From Gemmatimonadota bacterium (GTDB lineage: Bacteria > Gemmatimonadota > Gemmatimonadetes > Gemmatimonadales > GWC2-71-9), in the NCBI GenBank assembly GCA_036679605.1, contig JAZDCZ010000251.1:1-64000 (forward strand): a stretch of DNA of 64,000 nt. The letters run 5' to 3'. The translations under genes were made by a program, and so were the position numbers. Under the pieces are notes generated by a model that saw only the letters and a program-made list of their open reading frames with translations, was not told the origin of the DNA and ran no database searches. Within the stretch, counting starts at the first letter, position 1. Each line of letters opens with the position of its first letter. Positions 1 to 11,017 of this stretch are shown piece after piece.

Positions 1-1380
1 GAGTTTCCGGCGAGCGAGACCGACCGTACGAAGATCAAATCGTGGGCGCCCCCGCGGGACGTTCAGAGTTTCACTCCACATCGGCGCGTGGTCGACTACC
101 TGACGTCCACGGGAAGCGACTTCGAAAGCGTTCGCAAGGAGGGTGTCGTGGCGTCGGCGGTTCTGGTCGACGGTAGACTGATGCCGGGAACCGGAACCTT
201 GCTCCTGCTCCGAAAGGACGCTGCCACCCCCCAGGAATTGATTGTCAATCCTGCAATCGGACTCTCGATGTCGCTGCGAGGAGCACGAGGAGTGTATCCT
301 ACGCAACTCTTTGCAGTCATGGCGTTCATCAGACAGAGCTTCGAGGACGCGCAGCGCGATGGGGTGATCCACCAGGCCTACGCCAAGGATCCCAGCGGAA
401 TGACCAGACCAAAATGGGATCCGGACTACGCCGCACTGCGGGAAGTGTTGGAGGGGGCAAGACCTGTATTTTTTGAGGCCAACAATGCGGAGGACATCCG
501 CAATGTTTTGAAACTTGCAGAGGAGTACAGCTTCCGACCGACCATAGTGGGGGGAAACGAAGCCTGGAAAGTCGCCGACGAACTGAAAAGCGCCGGAGTT
601 TCGGTGCTCGTCTCGCTAGATTTTCCGAAACCAAAGAGGTGGAAGCCTAAGAAGGAGGAATCCGACACCAGCGCAACTGAGGCAGTCGAGGAACTCGAGC
701 CCGCTGCATGGCGAGAAAAAAAGGACATGGAGGAACGCTATGCCAACGCGGGTCGGCTGGCTGAAGCGGGCGTAACCTTTGCCCTGACGAGCGGCGGAGG
801 CAAGGCAAAGCTGCGCGAGGGTGCGCGGAAGGCAATCGAGTATGGTCTTTCGGAAGAGGCCGCCCTGGCCGCCCTCAGTACCGTGCCGGCATCACTCTTG
901 GGCATTCCGACCATCTCCAATGTCGACGAAGGAATGGCGGCCACATTCTTGGTGTCTAACGGACCGCTGTTCGACGAGGACACCAAAATCGCCTACACCT
1001 TCGTAGAGGGACTCATTGAGCGCGGCGACACCTCGGCTGAGCCGGCCGCTTCGGGAGATGCACCCTCCGTCGATCTCACGGGCGCATGGGAGATAGAGAT
1101 GGGCGAGTTTAGTGCAACAATGAAGCTGACACAGAAAGCGGGATCGTTTTCTGGTAGCATGTCGACGGACTTCGGCGAGGCTGTGGTCAAGGACGGCACG
1201 GTCTCCGGCAACACAATCTCGTTTGTCATGGTTCTCAGCGTGGGTGGCGATACGTTCGAGAACACATTCAGCGGCAGAGCCGATGCCGATAGCGCGTCGG
1301 GGAGTGGAGATGGCCCGCTGGGAGAATTCGAGTGGACGGCCAAGCGCACCAGCGGTCCCGGAGAGGAGGCCCTTCGATGA
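1..1380 (+). CDS. Amidohydrolase-family protein (5'-truncated by window) with C-terminal beta-rich domain
   Basis: Frame open from base 1 (EFPASETDRTK...). Amidohydrolase-like motifs (NAGRLAEAGV, GLSEEAALAALSTVPASLLG, GPLFDEDTKI). C-terminal DLTGAWEIEM...WTAKR domain. Confidence 0.8.
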   Translation, partial: EFPASETDRTKIKSWAPPRDVQSFTPHRRVVDYLTSTGSDFESVRKEGVVASAVLVDGRLMPGTGTLLLLRKDAATPQELIVNPAIGLSMSLRGARGVYPTQLFAVMAFIRQSFEDAQRDGVIHQAYAKDPSGMTRPKWDPDYAALREVLEGARPVFFEANNAEDIRNVLKLAEEYSFRPTIVGGNEAWKVADELKSAGVSVLVSLDFPKPKRWKPKKEESDTSATEAVEELEPAAWREKKDMEERYANAGRLAEAGVTFALTSGGGKAKLREGARKAIEYGLSEEAALAALSTVPASLLGIPTISNVDEGMAATFLVSNGPLFDEDTKIAYTFVEGLIERGDTSAEPAASGDAPSVDLTGAWEIEMGEFSATMKLTQKAGSFSGSMSTDFGEAVVKDGTVSGNTISFVMVLSVGGDTFENTFSGRADADSASGSGDGPLGEFEWTAKRTSGPGEEALR

Positions 1381-4016
1381 ATCGACATGCGAGAGTCTTA
1401 CTTCTAGCCGCGTTCGTTACAGGTTCGGTCGCGCCGGCGGCAGTCGCACAATGGAAGCAGCAGGTGGAACCGGGCACGGTTTCAGTTCCGCGTGGCGATA
1501 TTTTTATACGTAACATCGACACGATCTGGACTGCGAACGACACCATATATGAGCGTGCGTCGATTCTGATTCGGGGCGGCATCATCCAGGCCATTGGCCA
1601 AGATTTGAGACCGCCCGACGGCGTGACGGTCGTGGATGGCACCGGGATGACCGCCATTCCAGGTCTGGTAGACCAGCACTCTCACATTGCGATGAGGGCA
1701 ACGAACGAGGGTTCGTCACCGGTAGTGCCTGAGGTGCGAGTCATCGACGCCCTGGATCCGGACGATTTTGGGATCTACCGCGCTCTCTCTGGAGGCGTGA
1801 CCACCGCTCAGATCCTGCATGGCAGCTCGAACCCAATCGGCGGCCAGAGCGCCATTATCAAAACACGCTGGGGCATGGACAATTCCACAAAGCTTCTGGT
1901 CCAAGGCGCCCCGCAGACCGTGAAGTTCGCGCTCGGTGAGAACGTAACGCGGAAGAACTTTCCTGGAGCGCCCGGCAGTCCGAAACGCTTCCCTGCGTCT
2001 CGCGCTGGAGTAGAGGCGGTATACGTTCAGGCCTTCACTGCAGCACAGGAGTACAAGCGCGCATGGGAAGACTACCGCGCCCATCGCAAGAACTATCGTG
2101 TACCACCGCGGCGCGATTTGCGGCTCGAAGCGCTAGTGGAAATCATGGAAGGCCGTATTAGGGTCCACGCGCATTCATATCGCAGCGATGAGATCGTGAT
2201 GCTAATGAATGTGGCGGAGCAATTTGGTTTCAAGATTGACGTCTTCACGCACGTCTTAGAAGGCTACAAGGTTGCTGATGAAATGGCCGCACACGGAGCT
2301 GGCGGATCCACTTTTTCCGACTGGTGGCAGTACAAACTCGAGGCATTCGACGCGATCCCATACAATGCCGCAATAATGCAAGATCACGCTGTATTGACGA
2401 GCATCAACTCGGACATTCCTTGGTTGCAGTCGTTCATGGTGTACGAGTTCAACAAGCCGGTCAAATACGGCGGTGTATCGAAAGAGAACGCGTTGCGAAT
2501 GCTGACCATCAATCCGGCCCGCCAGCTCTTGATCGACGACAAGGTCGGTAGTCTCGAGGTGGGTAAGCAGGCCGACCTGGTTCTTCTTTCAGGTGATCCA
2601 TTCGACAGCTACTCTCGCGTCGAGAAGACCATAGTGGACGGCATCGTTTACTACGACCTCCAGAAAGAGGAGGAAACTCGTCACGAACAAATCCGCCGCC
2701 TGCAGACCGTGAAGCTGGTGCCGGACGTCACCACAACCGCGAGTGATGCCACCGCCCTGTCCGGAGTGTTCACCGGCGGTGCGGGTGGCGGTGTAGCGCA
2801 GGGCGAGGTAACGGCCCTGCGGGGAGCCACTGTACATACCGTGTCCGGTCCGGAGATTGTGAACGGCACGGTCCTCATTTCGAATGGAAGAATTACGGCG
2901 GTTGGGCCTGCCTCTCAAATTCAGCTTCCCGCCGGCGCACACATTGTAGACGTCAGCGGCAAGCATGTATATCCCGGCATGATCGATCCGATGACTCAGT
3001 TGGGGATGGTGGAAATCGCATCCATTACGTCGGCAAGAGATGAGCGAGAGATTGGACGCTTCAACGCGAACATCCGTGCAATTACGAGCGTTCACCCGCA
3101 GAGCGAAGCAATCCCCGTTGCCCGCGCCAATGGCATTACGACGGTTGTTACCGATCTTGGAGGCGACGCGACTATTCCGGGCACGGCAGCGCTGATTCAG
3201 CTAGCCGGAGACACTCAAGAACGCATGACAGTAAGCGATGACGTCGCACTGTTGGTCAATTTTCCGGCTGCTAAAGGAAAGGCATGGGACGAGGCCAAGC
3301 TCGAAGGTGAGCGCCTCGAAGAACTAATTGCGCTCTTCGAGCGCGCCACGGTATATGCCGAGAACCCCAGCACCAATTCCGATCCGACTCGCCCCTTCGA
3401 GGTTAACTTCGGCGACCGAAACGATATCATGTTGCAAGCCATGGTCCCGGCCGCAAAGGGCGAAATGCCTGTTTTCTTTAGAGTACGGACGGAAAGGGAC
3501 ATAAAGACGCTCTTCCTGTTCCTCGACAAGTTCCCCGAAATAACCGCCGTGGTAACCGGCGGTGATCAAGCGTTCCGAGTGGCCGAGGAGTTGGCGAAGC
3601 GCGAGATCCCCGTGATCGTGGGATCGGCGCTCAGTCCCACCATGGATAGAGACGACCCTATTGCGGCAGGGTGGCGCAATGCCGGGATCTTGAACGCGGC
3701 GGGAGTCAAGGTGAGCTTCGCGACCAACAGTGTCGCAGACGTGCGCAACCTACCCTATCACGCCGCCAAGTCGGTCGCCTTTGGGCTTCCAAGGGCTGAG
3801 GGACTCCGCGCGGTTACTCTGAACGCCGCAGAGATTCTGGGCATGGGAGATGAGTTGGGCAGCATAGACGTAGGCAAGAGGGCAGATCTTATCATAACCG
3901 ACGGTGATCCCCTTCAAATCCTGACCCATGTGGAGATGGCTTTCATCGCTGGGAAAGAGGTATCACTCGACAGCAGACACACACGGCTCTGGAAGGAGTA
4001 TCGTAACCGCCACTAG
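1377..4016 (+). CDS. Secreted amidohydrolase with two fused amidohydrolase domains
   Basis: ATG at 1377 overlaps the upstream TGA (ATGA). Signal peptide MNRHARVLLLAAF...AVA. Domain 1 has PGLVDQHSH, HAHSY and GSLEVGKQADL. Domain 2 has PGMIDPMTQ (no His pair) and GSIDVGKRADL. Confidence 0.85.
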   Translation: MNRHARVLLLAAFVTGSVAPAAVAQWKQQVEPGTVSVPRGDIFIRNIDTIWTANDTIYERASILIRGGIIQAIGQDLRPPDGVTVVDGTGMTAIPGLVDQHSHIAMRATNEGSSPVVPEVRVIDALDPDDFGIYRALSGGVTTAQILHGSSNPIGGQSAIIKTRWGMDNSTKLLVQGAPQTVKFALGENVTRKNFPGAPGSPKRFPASRAGVEAVYVQAFTAAQEYKRAWEDYRAHRKNYRVPPRRDLRLEALVEIMEGRIRVHAHSYRSDEIVMLMNVAEQFGFKIDVFTHVLEGYKVADEMAAHGAGGSTFSDWWQYKLEAFDAIPYNAAIMQDHAVLTSINSDIPWLQSFMVYEFNKPVKYGGVSKENALRMLTINPARQLLIDDKVGSLEVGKQADLVLLSGDPFDSYSRVEKTIVDGIVYYDLQKEEETRHEQIRRLQTVKLVPDVTTTASDATALSGVFTGGAGGGVAQGEVTALRGATVHTVSGPEIVNGTVLISNGRITAVGPASQIQLPAGAHIVDVSGKHVYPGMIDPMTQLGMVEIASITSARDEREIGRFNANIRAITSVHPQSEAIPVARANGITTVVTDLGGDATIPGTAALIQLAGDTQERMTVSDDVALLVNFPAAKGKAWDEAKLEGERLEELIALFERATVYAENPSTNSDPTRPFEVNFGDRNDIMLQAMVPAAKGEMPVFFRVRTERDIKTLFLFLDKFPEITAVVTGGDQAFRVAEELAKREIPVIVGSALSPTMDRDDPIAAGWRNAGILNAAGVKVSFATNSVADVRNLPYHAAKSVAFGLPRAEGLRAVTLNAAEILGMGDELGSIDVGKRADLIITDGDPLQILTHVEMAFIAGKEVSLDSRHTRLWKEYRNRH

Positions 4017-4039
4017 CATTTGCAGTTGGAAGACGCTTC

Positions 4040-4084
4040 AAAACGCAAACGGGGTGGCCACTTCAATTCGAAGTGACCGCCCCG
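4040..4084 (-). terminator. Intrinsic terminator between the convergent amidohydrolase and HU genes
   Basis: Hairpin cggggtggccacttc-aattc-gaagtgaccgccccg followed on the minus strand by tttgcgtttt. Confidence 0.65.
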
Positions 4085-4107
4085 GCCTACATCCGATAGT
4101 TAGGGAC

Positions 4108-4452
4108 CTATCCCGTTGGCATTCCTGATATCTGGCTTGGCTCCATGGCAGGCTCCACTCCCTCAGCAACCTTCGTTCGCAATTCTTTGGAGGGTTTGAA
4201 CACTGGCACCGGCCGGGCGGCAACCTCGACCGGATCTCCGGTGCGAGGGTTACGAGCCATGCGCGTCTTACGGCGCCGAATCTTGAACGTCCCGAAGCCA
4301 CGGATCTCGATGTTGCGTTGATCGGCCAAAGCCTCTTTCACAGCGTCCAGGAACGCATCGACCACGCGTGCGCAGTCTTTTTTTGAGATCATGGGACCAG
4401 CGGTGCGCGCAATTGACGCCGTTACCCGCTCGATGAGATCCGCCTTTGTCAT
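4108..4452 (-). CDS. hup: HU/IHF-family DNA-binding protein
   Basis: MTKADLIE...IEIRGFGTF...RMARNPRTG...PVFKPSKEL. Purine-rich RBS (gaaagggga) before ATG 4452. Confidence 0.92.
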   Translation of the reverse strand: MTKADLIERVTASIARTAGPMISKKDCARVVDAFLDAVKEALADQRNIEIRGFGTFKIRRRKTRMARNPRTGDPVEVAARPVPVFKPSKELRTKVAEGVEPAMEPSQISGMPTG

Positions 4453-4532
4453 GGATCCCCTTTCTGTCATGCAAAACTCGCCAAACTCAAGGCCCAAGGA
4501 GTGGGCCCGGGGGGTCATTAATATGACCTTAC

Positions 4533-5630
4533 CTATTGACTGTCAAGGGCTTGGACGAATTCGCCGAAGTGATTCCGGGCGTCATGGGGGCCAGGGGACG
4601 CCTCAGGATGGTACTGAACACCGAACATTGGCAGATCGGTGTGTCGCACGCCTTCGACAGTGTCGTCATTGAGGTTACGGTGTGTGACCTCAAGTATTTC
4701 CGTACCTGACACCACCTTACTCCTTCCCCTGACTGCAAATCCATGGTTTTGGCTGGTAATCAGGACCTTGCCTGTAGCCAAGTCCCGGACCGGATGGTTG
4801 CCACCCCGATGCCCATACGGAAGCTTCTCAGTTTCCCCACCGTAGGCGAGCGCGAGGAGTTGGTGACCCAGACAAATACCGAACGTTGGGAGCGCAGCAT
4901 CCACCAGTTGTCGAATTGCCGGCAAGACATAGTCGACGGCTGCCGGATCGCCCGGACCGTTGGAAAGGAAGAGACCGGAGGGTTCGAGTTCACGGACCCG
5001 GGCTGCGGGAGTATTGGATGGAACCACTGTGACGCGGCAGTTGAGGCTGGTCAACGTCCTCAGAATATTGCTCTTCATTCCGAAATCGTAGGCCACCACG
5101 TGGTGCTTTGAATCAGCATCGCCCACTGTGTACTCGGCGGCACACGTCGCACCGGATGCCAGGTCCTGACCCTCCATGCTGGGACTGGCGGCGAGCATCT
5201 CGCGAACCTGGGGTGACGGACACTCCCCGGGCGCAACGATACCCCTCATGGCGCCGACGGACCGGATGTGTCTCGTCAAGGCACGGGTATCGATCCCTTC
5301 GAGGGCCGGTATGTCGCGGTCTCCCAGCCAATCTTCCAGCGATCCCGTTGCCCGCCAATTGGAGTGCGATCGCGAAAGCTCACGTACGACGATACCACGT
5401 ATCTGAGGCTTATCTGATTCGACATCTTCCTCGTTGACGCCGTAGTTTCCAATCATTGGAGCTGTCATGACAACGATCTGACCGCTATACGAGGGATCGG
5501 TGAATACTTCCTGGTAGCCGGTCAAGTTCGTTGTGAATACCACCTCGCCGGTGGTAGGAGAAAACAAACGGCGCGTGGTTCCTGAGAACCACGCGCCGTC
5601 TTCCAGAAGAACGTAGGTCTGTTGCCTCAC
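4533..5630 (-). CDS. carA: Carbamoyl-phosphate synthase small subunit
   Basis: GEVVFTT..TGYQE.FTDPSY.GQ, SNGPGDP, FGICLGHQLL, SQNHGF, QYHPEASPGPHD. Confidence 0.97.
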   Translation of the reverse strand: MRQQTYVLLEDGAWFSGTTRRLFSPTTGEVVFTTNLTGYQEVFTDPSYSGQIVVMTAPMIGNYGVNEEDVESDKPQIRGIVVRELSRSHSNWRATGSLEDWLGDRDIPALEGIDTRALTRHIRSVGAMRGIVAPGECPSPQVREMLAASPSMEGQDLASGATCAAEYTVGDADSKHHVVAYDFGMKSNILRTLTSLNCRVTVVPSNTPAARVRELEPSGLFLSNGPGDPAAVDYVLPAIRQLVDAALPTFGICLGHQLLALAYGGETEKLPYGHRGGNHPVRDLATGKVLITSQNHGFAVRGRSKVVSGTEILEVTHRNLNDDTVEGVRHTDLPMFGVQYHPEASPGPHDARNHFGEFVQALDSQ

Positions 5631-5638
5631 CGCAACAC

Positions 5639-5995
5639 CTATTCCTGGCCGCTAGAGTCCGTTGTCGACGTTCCCCCCGACTGCAGATCCAGCGGAAGCC
5701 TGGCAGGAGCCGGGGCTACCGGAACCGGCTGGCCAATATCCTGGAGTGCCGAACTAGGCGTACCGCTCCTGCCGCCGAATCCCGCCAGCACTAGTGATAG
5801 AAACAGGAATATGCCGCCGCACCACCAGGACATCTTGGTGAGAATCGTTACCGCTTGCCTTCCGCCAAAGAACGATTCGGTAGAGTTGCCTCCGCCCATA
5901 GCGGCGAGCCCCCCACCCTTTCCCGATTGCAACAAGACAACCGTGCCCAGAAGCAACGAGTCGATAATCAGTAATGTCAAAAAGAATGCAAACAT
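5639..5995 (-). CDS. secG: Preprotein translocase subunit SecG
   Basis: VLLQSGKGGGLAAMGGG...FGGR...LTK with two TM segments. Follows tpiA. Confidence 0.93.
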   Translation of the reverse strand: MFAFFLTLLIIDSLLLGTVVLLQSGKGGGLAAMGGGNSTESFFGGRQAVTILTKMSWWCGGIFLFLSLVLAGFGGRSGTPSSALQDIGQPVPVAPAPARLPLDLQSGGTSTTDSSGQE

Positions 5996-6050
5996 CTGTC
6001 TCTTCTATGTGCTTTGTGGGCCGCAAGATACCCTGGCTCAGCTTGGTAAG

Positions 6051-6803
6051 TCAATCCAGTTCTGCCTGTGTGATGGACGCCCAAGTCACGGGGTCCAGAG
6101 AGGCTCCACCGACCAACACCCCATCGATTTGATCCTGGGCGAGCAACTCCGACACATTTTCCAACTTGACGCTGCCGCCATAGAGGATACGGAGTAGGCG
6201 CTCCGGTACGCCCTTTTTCACAAACCACCTCCGGATCGCAGAGTGTACCTCCGCGGCATCCTCGGAGCTGGCGGTCTTCCCGGTCCCAATCGCCCAAACC
6301 GGCTCGTAGGCGGCAACGACCCGTGCGAGTGTGCCCGAATCTAGACCGTCGAGCGCGCCGAGCTGGCGCTCGACGACGCTGAGGGTTTCTCCCGCCTCGC
6401 GCTCTTCTAGCTTCTCTCCTACACAAAACAATGGAGTTGCATTCGCCGCTAGGAGGGCCCTGACCTTTTTCCCAGTCTCCTCGACAGATTCGCCAAAGAC
6501 ATGCCTACGCTCAGAGTGACCCACGAGCGCAAAGTCGGCACCAGATTCGCGCGCCATGGCAACGCTTATCTCGCCTGTAAACGCACCTTTGTCCTCCCAA
6601 TAGACGTTCTGTGCGCCCACGTTCAGCTCAGGGCGGTCGGTCAATAGATCGGAAGCCGCAGCGATTGAGACGGCCGGGGCGAAGAACCAGACTTCGCGAT
6701 CTGATTGAGGTTGGTACCGCTGGAGAAACACTTGTAGAAACTCGCGCGTGCTCTCGGGTCCCATATGCATCTTCCAGTTCGCTGCGAAAATAATTCGCCT
6801 CAT
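6051..6803 (-). CDS. tpiA: Triosephosphate isomerase
   Basis: ANWKMH, GAFTGEIS, GHSERR, AYEPVWAIGTG, YGGSV, LVGGASL. Confidence 0.98.
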   Translation of the reverse strand: MRRIIFAANWKMHMGPESTREFLQVFLQRYQPQSDREVWFFAPAVSIAAASDLLTDRPELNVGAQNVYWEDKGAFTGEISVAMARESGADFALVGHSERRHVFGESVEETGKKVRALLAANATPLFCVGEKLEEREAGETLSVVERQLGALDGLDSGTLARVVAAYEPVWAIGTGKTASSEDAAEVHSAIRRWFVKKGVPERLLRILYGGSVKLENVSELLAQDQIDGVLVGGASLDPVTWASITQAELD

Positions 6804-7990
6804 AATTCATCCAGTGCCGCCACGCCTGGCAGCTTCTTGCCCTCGAGTAGCTCCAAGGATGCACCACCTCCAGTGGAGACATGAGTCATCATGGATTCGA
6901 GCCCCGCGGCAGCCACTGCGGCCGCGGAGTCACCGCCGCCTACTATGGTGGTAGCTCCACGTTGCGTGGCCGTCGCCATCGCACGCGCCACGGCTACGGT
7001 ACCCGAATCAAACGGTGGTGTCTCGAAAACTCCCATTGGTCCGTTCCACAAAACCGTTGCTGCTCTCGCAATTCGCTCGCCGAACAGATCTACGGTCTCG
7101 CTGCCAATATCGTATACGCTCCATCCTGCCGGGATCTCCTCGCGCGCAACGTCGCGGGTTGCAGCCTCGGCAGATAACCGCTCGGCCACGACCACTGTAA
7201 TTGGAAGCACGATTTTGTCCTCTGCCCGATCCAGCACCCGTTTCGCCAGATCCACTTTCTCTGGTTCAACCAGTGAATTACCGACTTCGAGTCCCATCGC
7301 AAGGAAGAACGTACACGCCATGGCACCGCCGATCAGGATCTCGTCCGTCGATTCAAGCAGCGCCTCGATCACATCTATCTTGCCCGACACCTTGGCTCCA
7401 CCGAGCAGCGCCACGAACGGACGTAGCGGATTCGCCATAGTTTCCTGGAAGTAGCTCAGTTCCCGTTCCATGAGAAACCCGGCAACAGCGGGTTTCAGCA
7501 GATGCGCTACCGCCTCGGTCGATGCGTGCGCACGATGGGCTGTGCCGAAAGCGTCGTTTACGTAAAAATCGCCGAGCTTGGCCAACGCCTCGGCGAGTGC
7601 CCGATCGTTCTGCTCTTCGCCGGCAAGAAAACGGGTGTTTTCAACGAGCAGGACGTCTCCGCGTCTCATCTTCTTTGTCTGGCTCGGCGCGTCGGCACTT
7701 AGAGGATCCTTCAAAAACGAGATGGGACATCCTAGGAGGTCTTCCAACTCCGCTCCTACCGGCTTCAACGAGAAGTCCTCCACACGCTCGCCATTGGGGC
7801 GCCCAAGGTGTGACAACAGAACTAGCCGACACCCTTTCTCACGCAGCCAGCGAATGGTCGGTAGAGCTGCTTCGATCCGTTTCGAGTCCGCTACTCGGCC
7901 GTCCTTCAGCGGCACGTTGAAGTCCACCCGAACCAGGGCACGCATCCCCTCCAGCGGTTGTCCCTCCAGCGATTTCAGCGTGCGCTTCAC
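6800..7990 (-). CDS. pgk: Phosphoglycerate kinase
   Basis: [52 protein letters not shown]. Confidence 0.98.
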   Translation of the reverse strand: MKRTLKSLEGQPLEGMRALVRVDFNVPLKDGRVADSKRIEAALPTIRWLREKGCRLVLLSHLGRPNGERVEDFSLKPVGAELEDLLGCPISFLKDPLSADAPSQTKKMRRGDVLLVENTRFLAGEEQNDRALAEALAKLGDFYVNDAFGTAHRAHASTEAVAHLLKPAVAGFLMERELSYFQETMANPLRPFVALLGGAKVSGKIDVIEALLESTDEILIGGAMACTFFLAMGLEVGNSLVEPEKVDLAKRVLDRAEDKIVLPITVVVAERLSAEAATRDVAREEIPAGWSVYDIGSETVDLFGERIARAATVLWNGPMGVFETPPFDSGTVAVARAMATATQRGATTIVGGGDSAAAVAAAGLESMMTHVSTGGGASLELLEGKKLPGVAALDEL

Positions 7991-8997
7991 ACCAGCCGCT
8001 CTGCCACGTGCTGCATCAAGTCAACGCACCGCGCTGAATAGCCCATCTCGTTGTCGTACCATGATGTGACATGAACCAGAGTGCCATCGATGACGTTGGT
8101 ACTCGCGCTGTCCACAGTACTCGAATGTAGATCGCCGATGAAATCGCTCGATACGAGCGGTTCATCACTGACCGCGAGCACGCCGCTCAGTGTCCCGGCG
8201 GCGGCGGCGCGGAAGGCACCGTTGATTTGGTCAATGTCCGTGCTCTTCTGCACCACACATGTCAGGTCCACTATCGAAACGTCGGCGGTGGGCACCCGGA
8301 GAGCGACACCGTCAATCTTCCCTTTCACCTCTGGAATGACGAGCGCCGTGGCCTTCGCCGCCCCTGTGCTTGTCGGAATTATGTTCTGTGCCGCAGCCCG
8401 TGCGCGCCTCAAGTCGGGGTGGGGCAAATCGAGAATCCGCTGATCGTTGGTGTAGCTGTGAATGGTGGTCATGAATCCGCGATCAAACCCGACGGTGTCG
8501 AGCAGCACCTTGACCACCGGGACCAAACAGTTTGTCGTGCACGAGGCGTTGGAAATCACGTGATGTTTTGCCGAGTCATAGGCCTCGTGATTGACACCCA
8601 TCACGATCGTAATGTCTTCCTGTTTGGCGGGAGCACTGATGATGACCTTCTTTGCACCGGCGGTCAGATGATCCGCGGCCTTCTCTCTCTTCGTGAACAG
8701 TCCGGTGGACTCCAGTACTATATCGACGCCTAGATCACCCCAGGGAAGTTTGGCTGGATCCCGTTCGGCCAGAACCTTGATCGTCTTCTCGTTAACCGTG
8801 ATGCCATCTGCACTGGCCACAACTGACCCACGGAATCTCCCGTGCACCGAGTCGTATTTGAGAAGGTGAGCCAGCGTTGTCGAGTCAGTAATATCGTTCA
8901 CCGCCACTAGATCCAGATCCGATCCGGTTTGAGTCAGTGCGCGTAGCACGTTGCGGCCGATACGTCCAAATCCGTTGATTCCGATCTTCACGCCCAT
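7987..8997 (-). CDS. gap: Type I glyceraldehyde-3-phosphate dehydrogenase
   Basis: [32 protein letters not shown]. Confidence 0.98.
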   Translation of the reverse strand: MGVKIGINGFGRIGRNVLRALTQTGSDLDLVAVNDITDSTTLAHLLKYDSVHGRFRGSVVASADGITVNEKTIKVLAERDPAKLPWGDLGVDIVLESTGLFTKREKAADHLTAGAKKVIISAPAKQEDITIVMGVNHEAYDSAKHHVISNASCTTNCLVPVVKVLLDTVGFDRGFMTTIHSYTNDQRILDLPHPDLRRARAAAQNIIPTSTGAAKATALVIPEVKGKIDGVALRVPTADVSIVDLTCVVQKSTDIDQINGAFRAAAAGTLSGVLAVSDEPLVSSDFIGDLHSSTVDSASTNVIDGTLVHVTSWYDNEMGYSARCVDLMQHVAERLV

Positions 8998-9019
8998 GTC
9001 GTTCCTCTATTTTGGTAAT

Positions 9020-9748
9020 TCATGAGATCCCAACGCGGACCTCAAATGGAAGTGCTCGTCCAAAAGTAACGGCACCGATACTTACCCACCCCGCCTGCTT
9101 GAGCGCCTGAGCCGCAGCGACGAGAGTCGCACCTGTCGTTAGAACATCGTCCACAAGAACGAGTGTATTCTCACACCTGCGGCCCGGGTGATCTGCCTCA
9201 AATGCTCCAGCGACGTTCTCTGCGCGCTGCTCCGGAGTCAACGACGTTTGCGATTTCGTGTCTCGCACTCGGCGAAGTGTGGTTTCCGAAAGTTCCAAAT
9301 TCCAGAGTCGGCTCAACGGTCGCGCGATGGCCCTGGCCTGATTGTAACCCCGCTCACGCAATCGTGCGTCACTCAATGGCACCGGTACTAGACATGCCTT
9401 CCCCGGGCGCGGTATGACACGGGCGATTGCCTCGGCCACGATCTCGCCCAGTCGAGAAAAACCCTCATACTTGAGGTGATGCACGATCTCGCGAGCCTCT
9501 GGCCCGAGCCAGAAACCGCTTGTTGCCCAGCTCAACTCATCTGGCCAATCCAAACAAAAACGACAGGGACCTACCGGTGGGAGTGGCTGCCGGCATCGGT
9601 GACAGCCTGCCGGCACCTCCCTGAGCCGCGACCGGCAAGGAGCGCAAACGAGAGCATCCGGGTTACTGGGCTCCACCGAACGCTCGCAAGATACGCACAC
9701 GTTTGGAAGCAGTAGTCGCTCGAGAGACTTGAGCGCCAAGCCCATCAC
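9020..9748 (-). CDS. comF: ComF-family protein (Zn ribbon plus phosphoribosyltransferase domain)
   Basis: CxxC pairs, RGYNQA, LVDDVLTTGAT. Confidence 0.9.
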   Translation of the reverse strand: MMGLALKSLERLLLPNVCVSCERSVEPSNPDALVCAPCRSRLREVPAGCHRCRQPLPPVGPCRFCLDWPDELSWATSGFWLGPEAREIVHHLKYEGFSRLGEIVAEAIARVIPRPGKACLVPVPLSDARLRERGYNQARAIARPLSRLWNLELSETTLRRVRDTKSQTSLTPEQRAENVAGAFEADHPGRRCENTLVLVDDVLTTGATLVAAAQALKQAGWVSIGAVTFGRALPFEVRVGIS

Positions 9749-10560
9749 GACCTCAGCATCTCCTCTACCTTGGCTCGCATCACTTCCAGTGGTGCCCTAG
9801 TTCCGGGGAAGAACCTCTCGAACGCATGCGCGCCTTGGGCTACGAGAACCCTCCGACCGTCAGCGGCATCCATCCCATGCTGGCGACAACTGCGCACCCA
9901 TTTGGTCTCACCCCGCGCATATACCATATCGAGTGCAGCACGACAGCCGCTCAACCTATCGAACTCGATTGGTTCTGGATCTGTTTCCCTCAACCCAAGC
10001 GGCGTCGCATTAATCACCACACCGATCTGGGACCGGTCGTCAGCGCGGGCGTCGACTTCCAAATCGGTCGCCCATGCGGCAAACTCGTGCTCGCGACGCC
10101 CGTCGCGCGAACGTACCAAAAGGGCAACTCCGTTTTCCCGGGCTGCTATCGCCACACTCCTGGCAGCACCTCCCGTCCCGATCACTAGCCATGGTCCGTC
10201 GGCCCCAAGGGCCTCGGTCGCGTCCAAAACCCCTCGCACATCAGTATTGTCACCGATCAGCCGATCTCCCTCGGGCCAGAACGTATTGACTGCACCCAAT
10301 TCCTTGGCGACCGGCGTCAGCCGAATCAACATATCGGCTACAGCGATCTTATGTGGGATCGTGACGTTTCCCGCGATTCCGACGGCCTCGAAGGCGCGAA
10401 GAACATGAGGAAGGGCCGAAGCGTCGGCGCGGATCGGTACATACGTCGCGTCGATCCCCAGGCAAGTCAGCGCTGCGTTGTGCATCGCTGGCGATAGCGA
10501 ATGCTCTATCGGATCTCCGATCACCGCGAGAACCGAGCTAGTCCCGCTTACGTCCGTCAC
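9745..10560 (-). CDS. aroE: Shikimate dehydrogenase
   Basis: GDPIEHSLSPAMHN, NVTIPHK, GAVNT, GDNTD, GTGGAAR, INATPLG. GTG start chosen 3' of GGAGG (start approximate). Confidence 0.93.
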   Translation of the reverse strand: MTDVSGTSSVLAVIGDPIEHSLSPAMHNAALTCLGIDATYVPIRADASALPHVLRAFEAVGIAGNVTIPHKIAVADMLIRLTPVAKELGAVNTFWPEGDRLIGDNTDVRGVLDATEALGADGPWLVIGTGGAARSVAIAARENGVALLVRSRDGRREHEFAAWATDLEVDARADDRSQIGVVINATPLGLRETDPEPIEFDRLSGCRAALDMVYARGETKWVRSCRQHGMDAADGRRVLVAQGAHAFERFFPGTRAPLEVMRAKVEEMLRS

Positions 10561-11017
10561 CACTGTCCTCCACAATACGCTTGGCGGCCGCCGCAATGAG
10601 GCCGCTCAACTGGTCGTATGTCGCTCGATAGGTATCCAGATCGGCTCCGAATGGATCTGCAACCTCGGCTTCCTGACCTTTCCTCCCAACAAATTCACCC
10701 AAAACATGAACCCGGTCAGCTCCGCCAAGCTCCTCCACCCTGGCCCGTTGATGTCTCGCCATCGTAAAGATGAGATCGGCGGTCTCTACCAAATCACGAG
10801 TCAGTAGCTGTGCACGATGGCTGGACAGATCGACCTCATGCTCTAGCGAGACAAGATATGCACCTTCGGACGCGGGCGTCCCATCCCACGCACCTGTTCC
10901 CGCAGACGACACCGAGATTCCTTCCATTCTGTGTCGTGCTAACTCTGCTCTCATCAAGGCCGCAGCTATCGGACTCCGGCAGATATTCCCAGTACAGACC
11001 ATCAGCACATTGGTCAT
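10538..11017 (-). CDS. Low-molecular-weight protein Tyr/Arg phosphatase
   Basis: P-loop CTGNICRS, SSAGT, DPFG. Confidence 0.92.
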   Translation of the reverse strand: MTNVLMVCTGNICRSPIAAALMRAELARHRMEGISVSSAGTGAWDGTPASEGAYLVSLEHEVDLSSHRAQLLTRDLVETADLIFTMARHQRARVEELGGADRVHVLGEFVGRKGQEAEVADPFGADLDTYRATYDQLSGLIAAAAKRIVEDSGDGRKRD

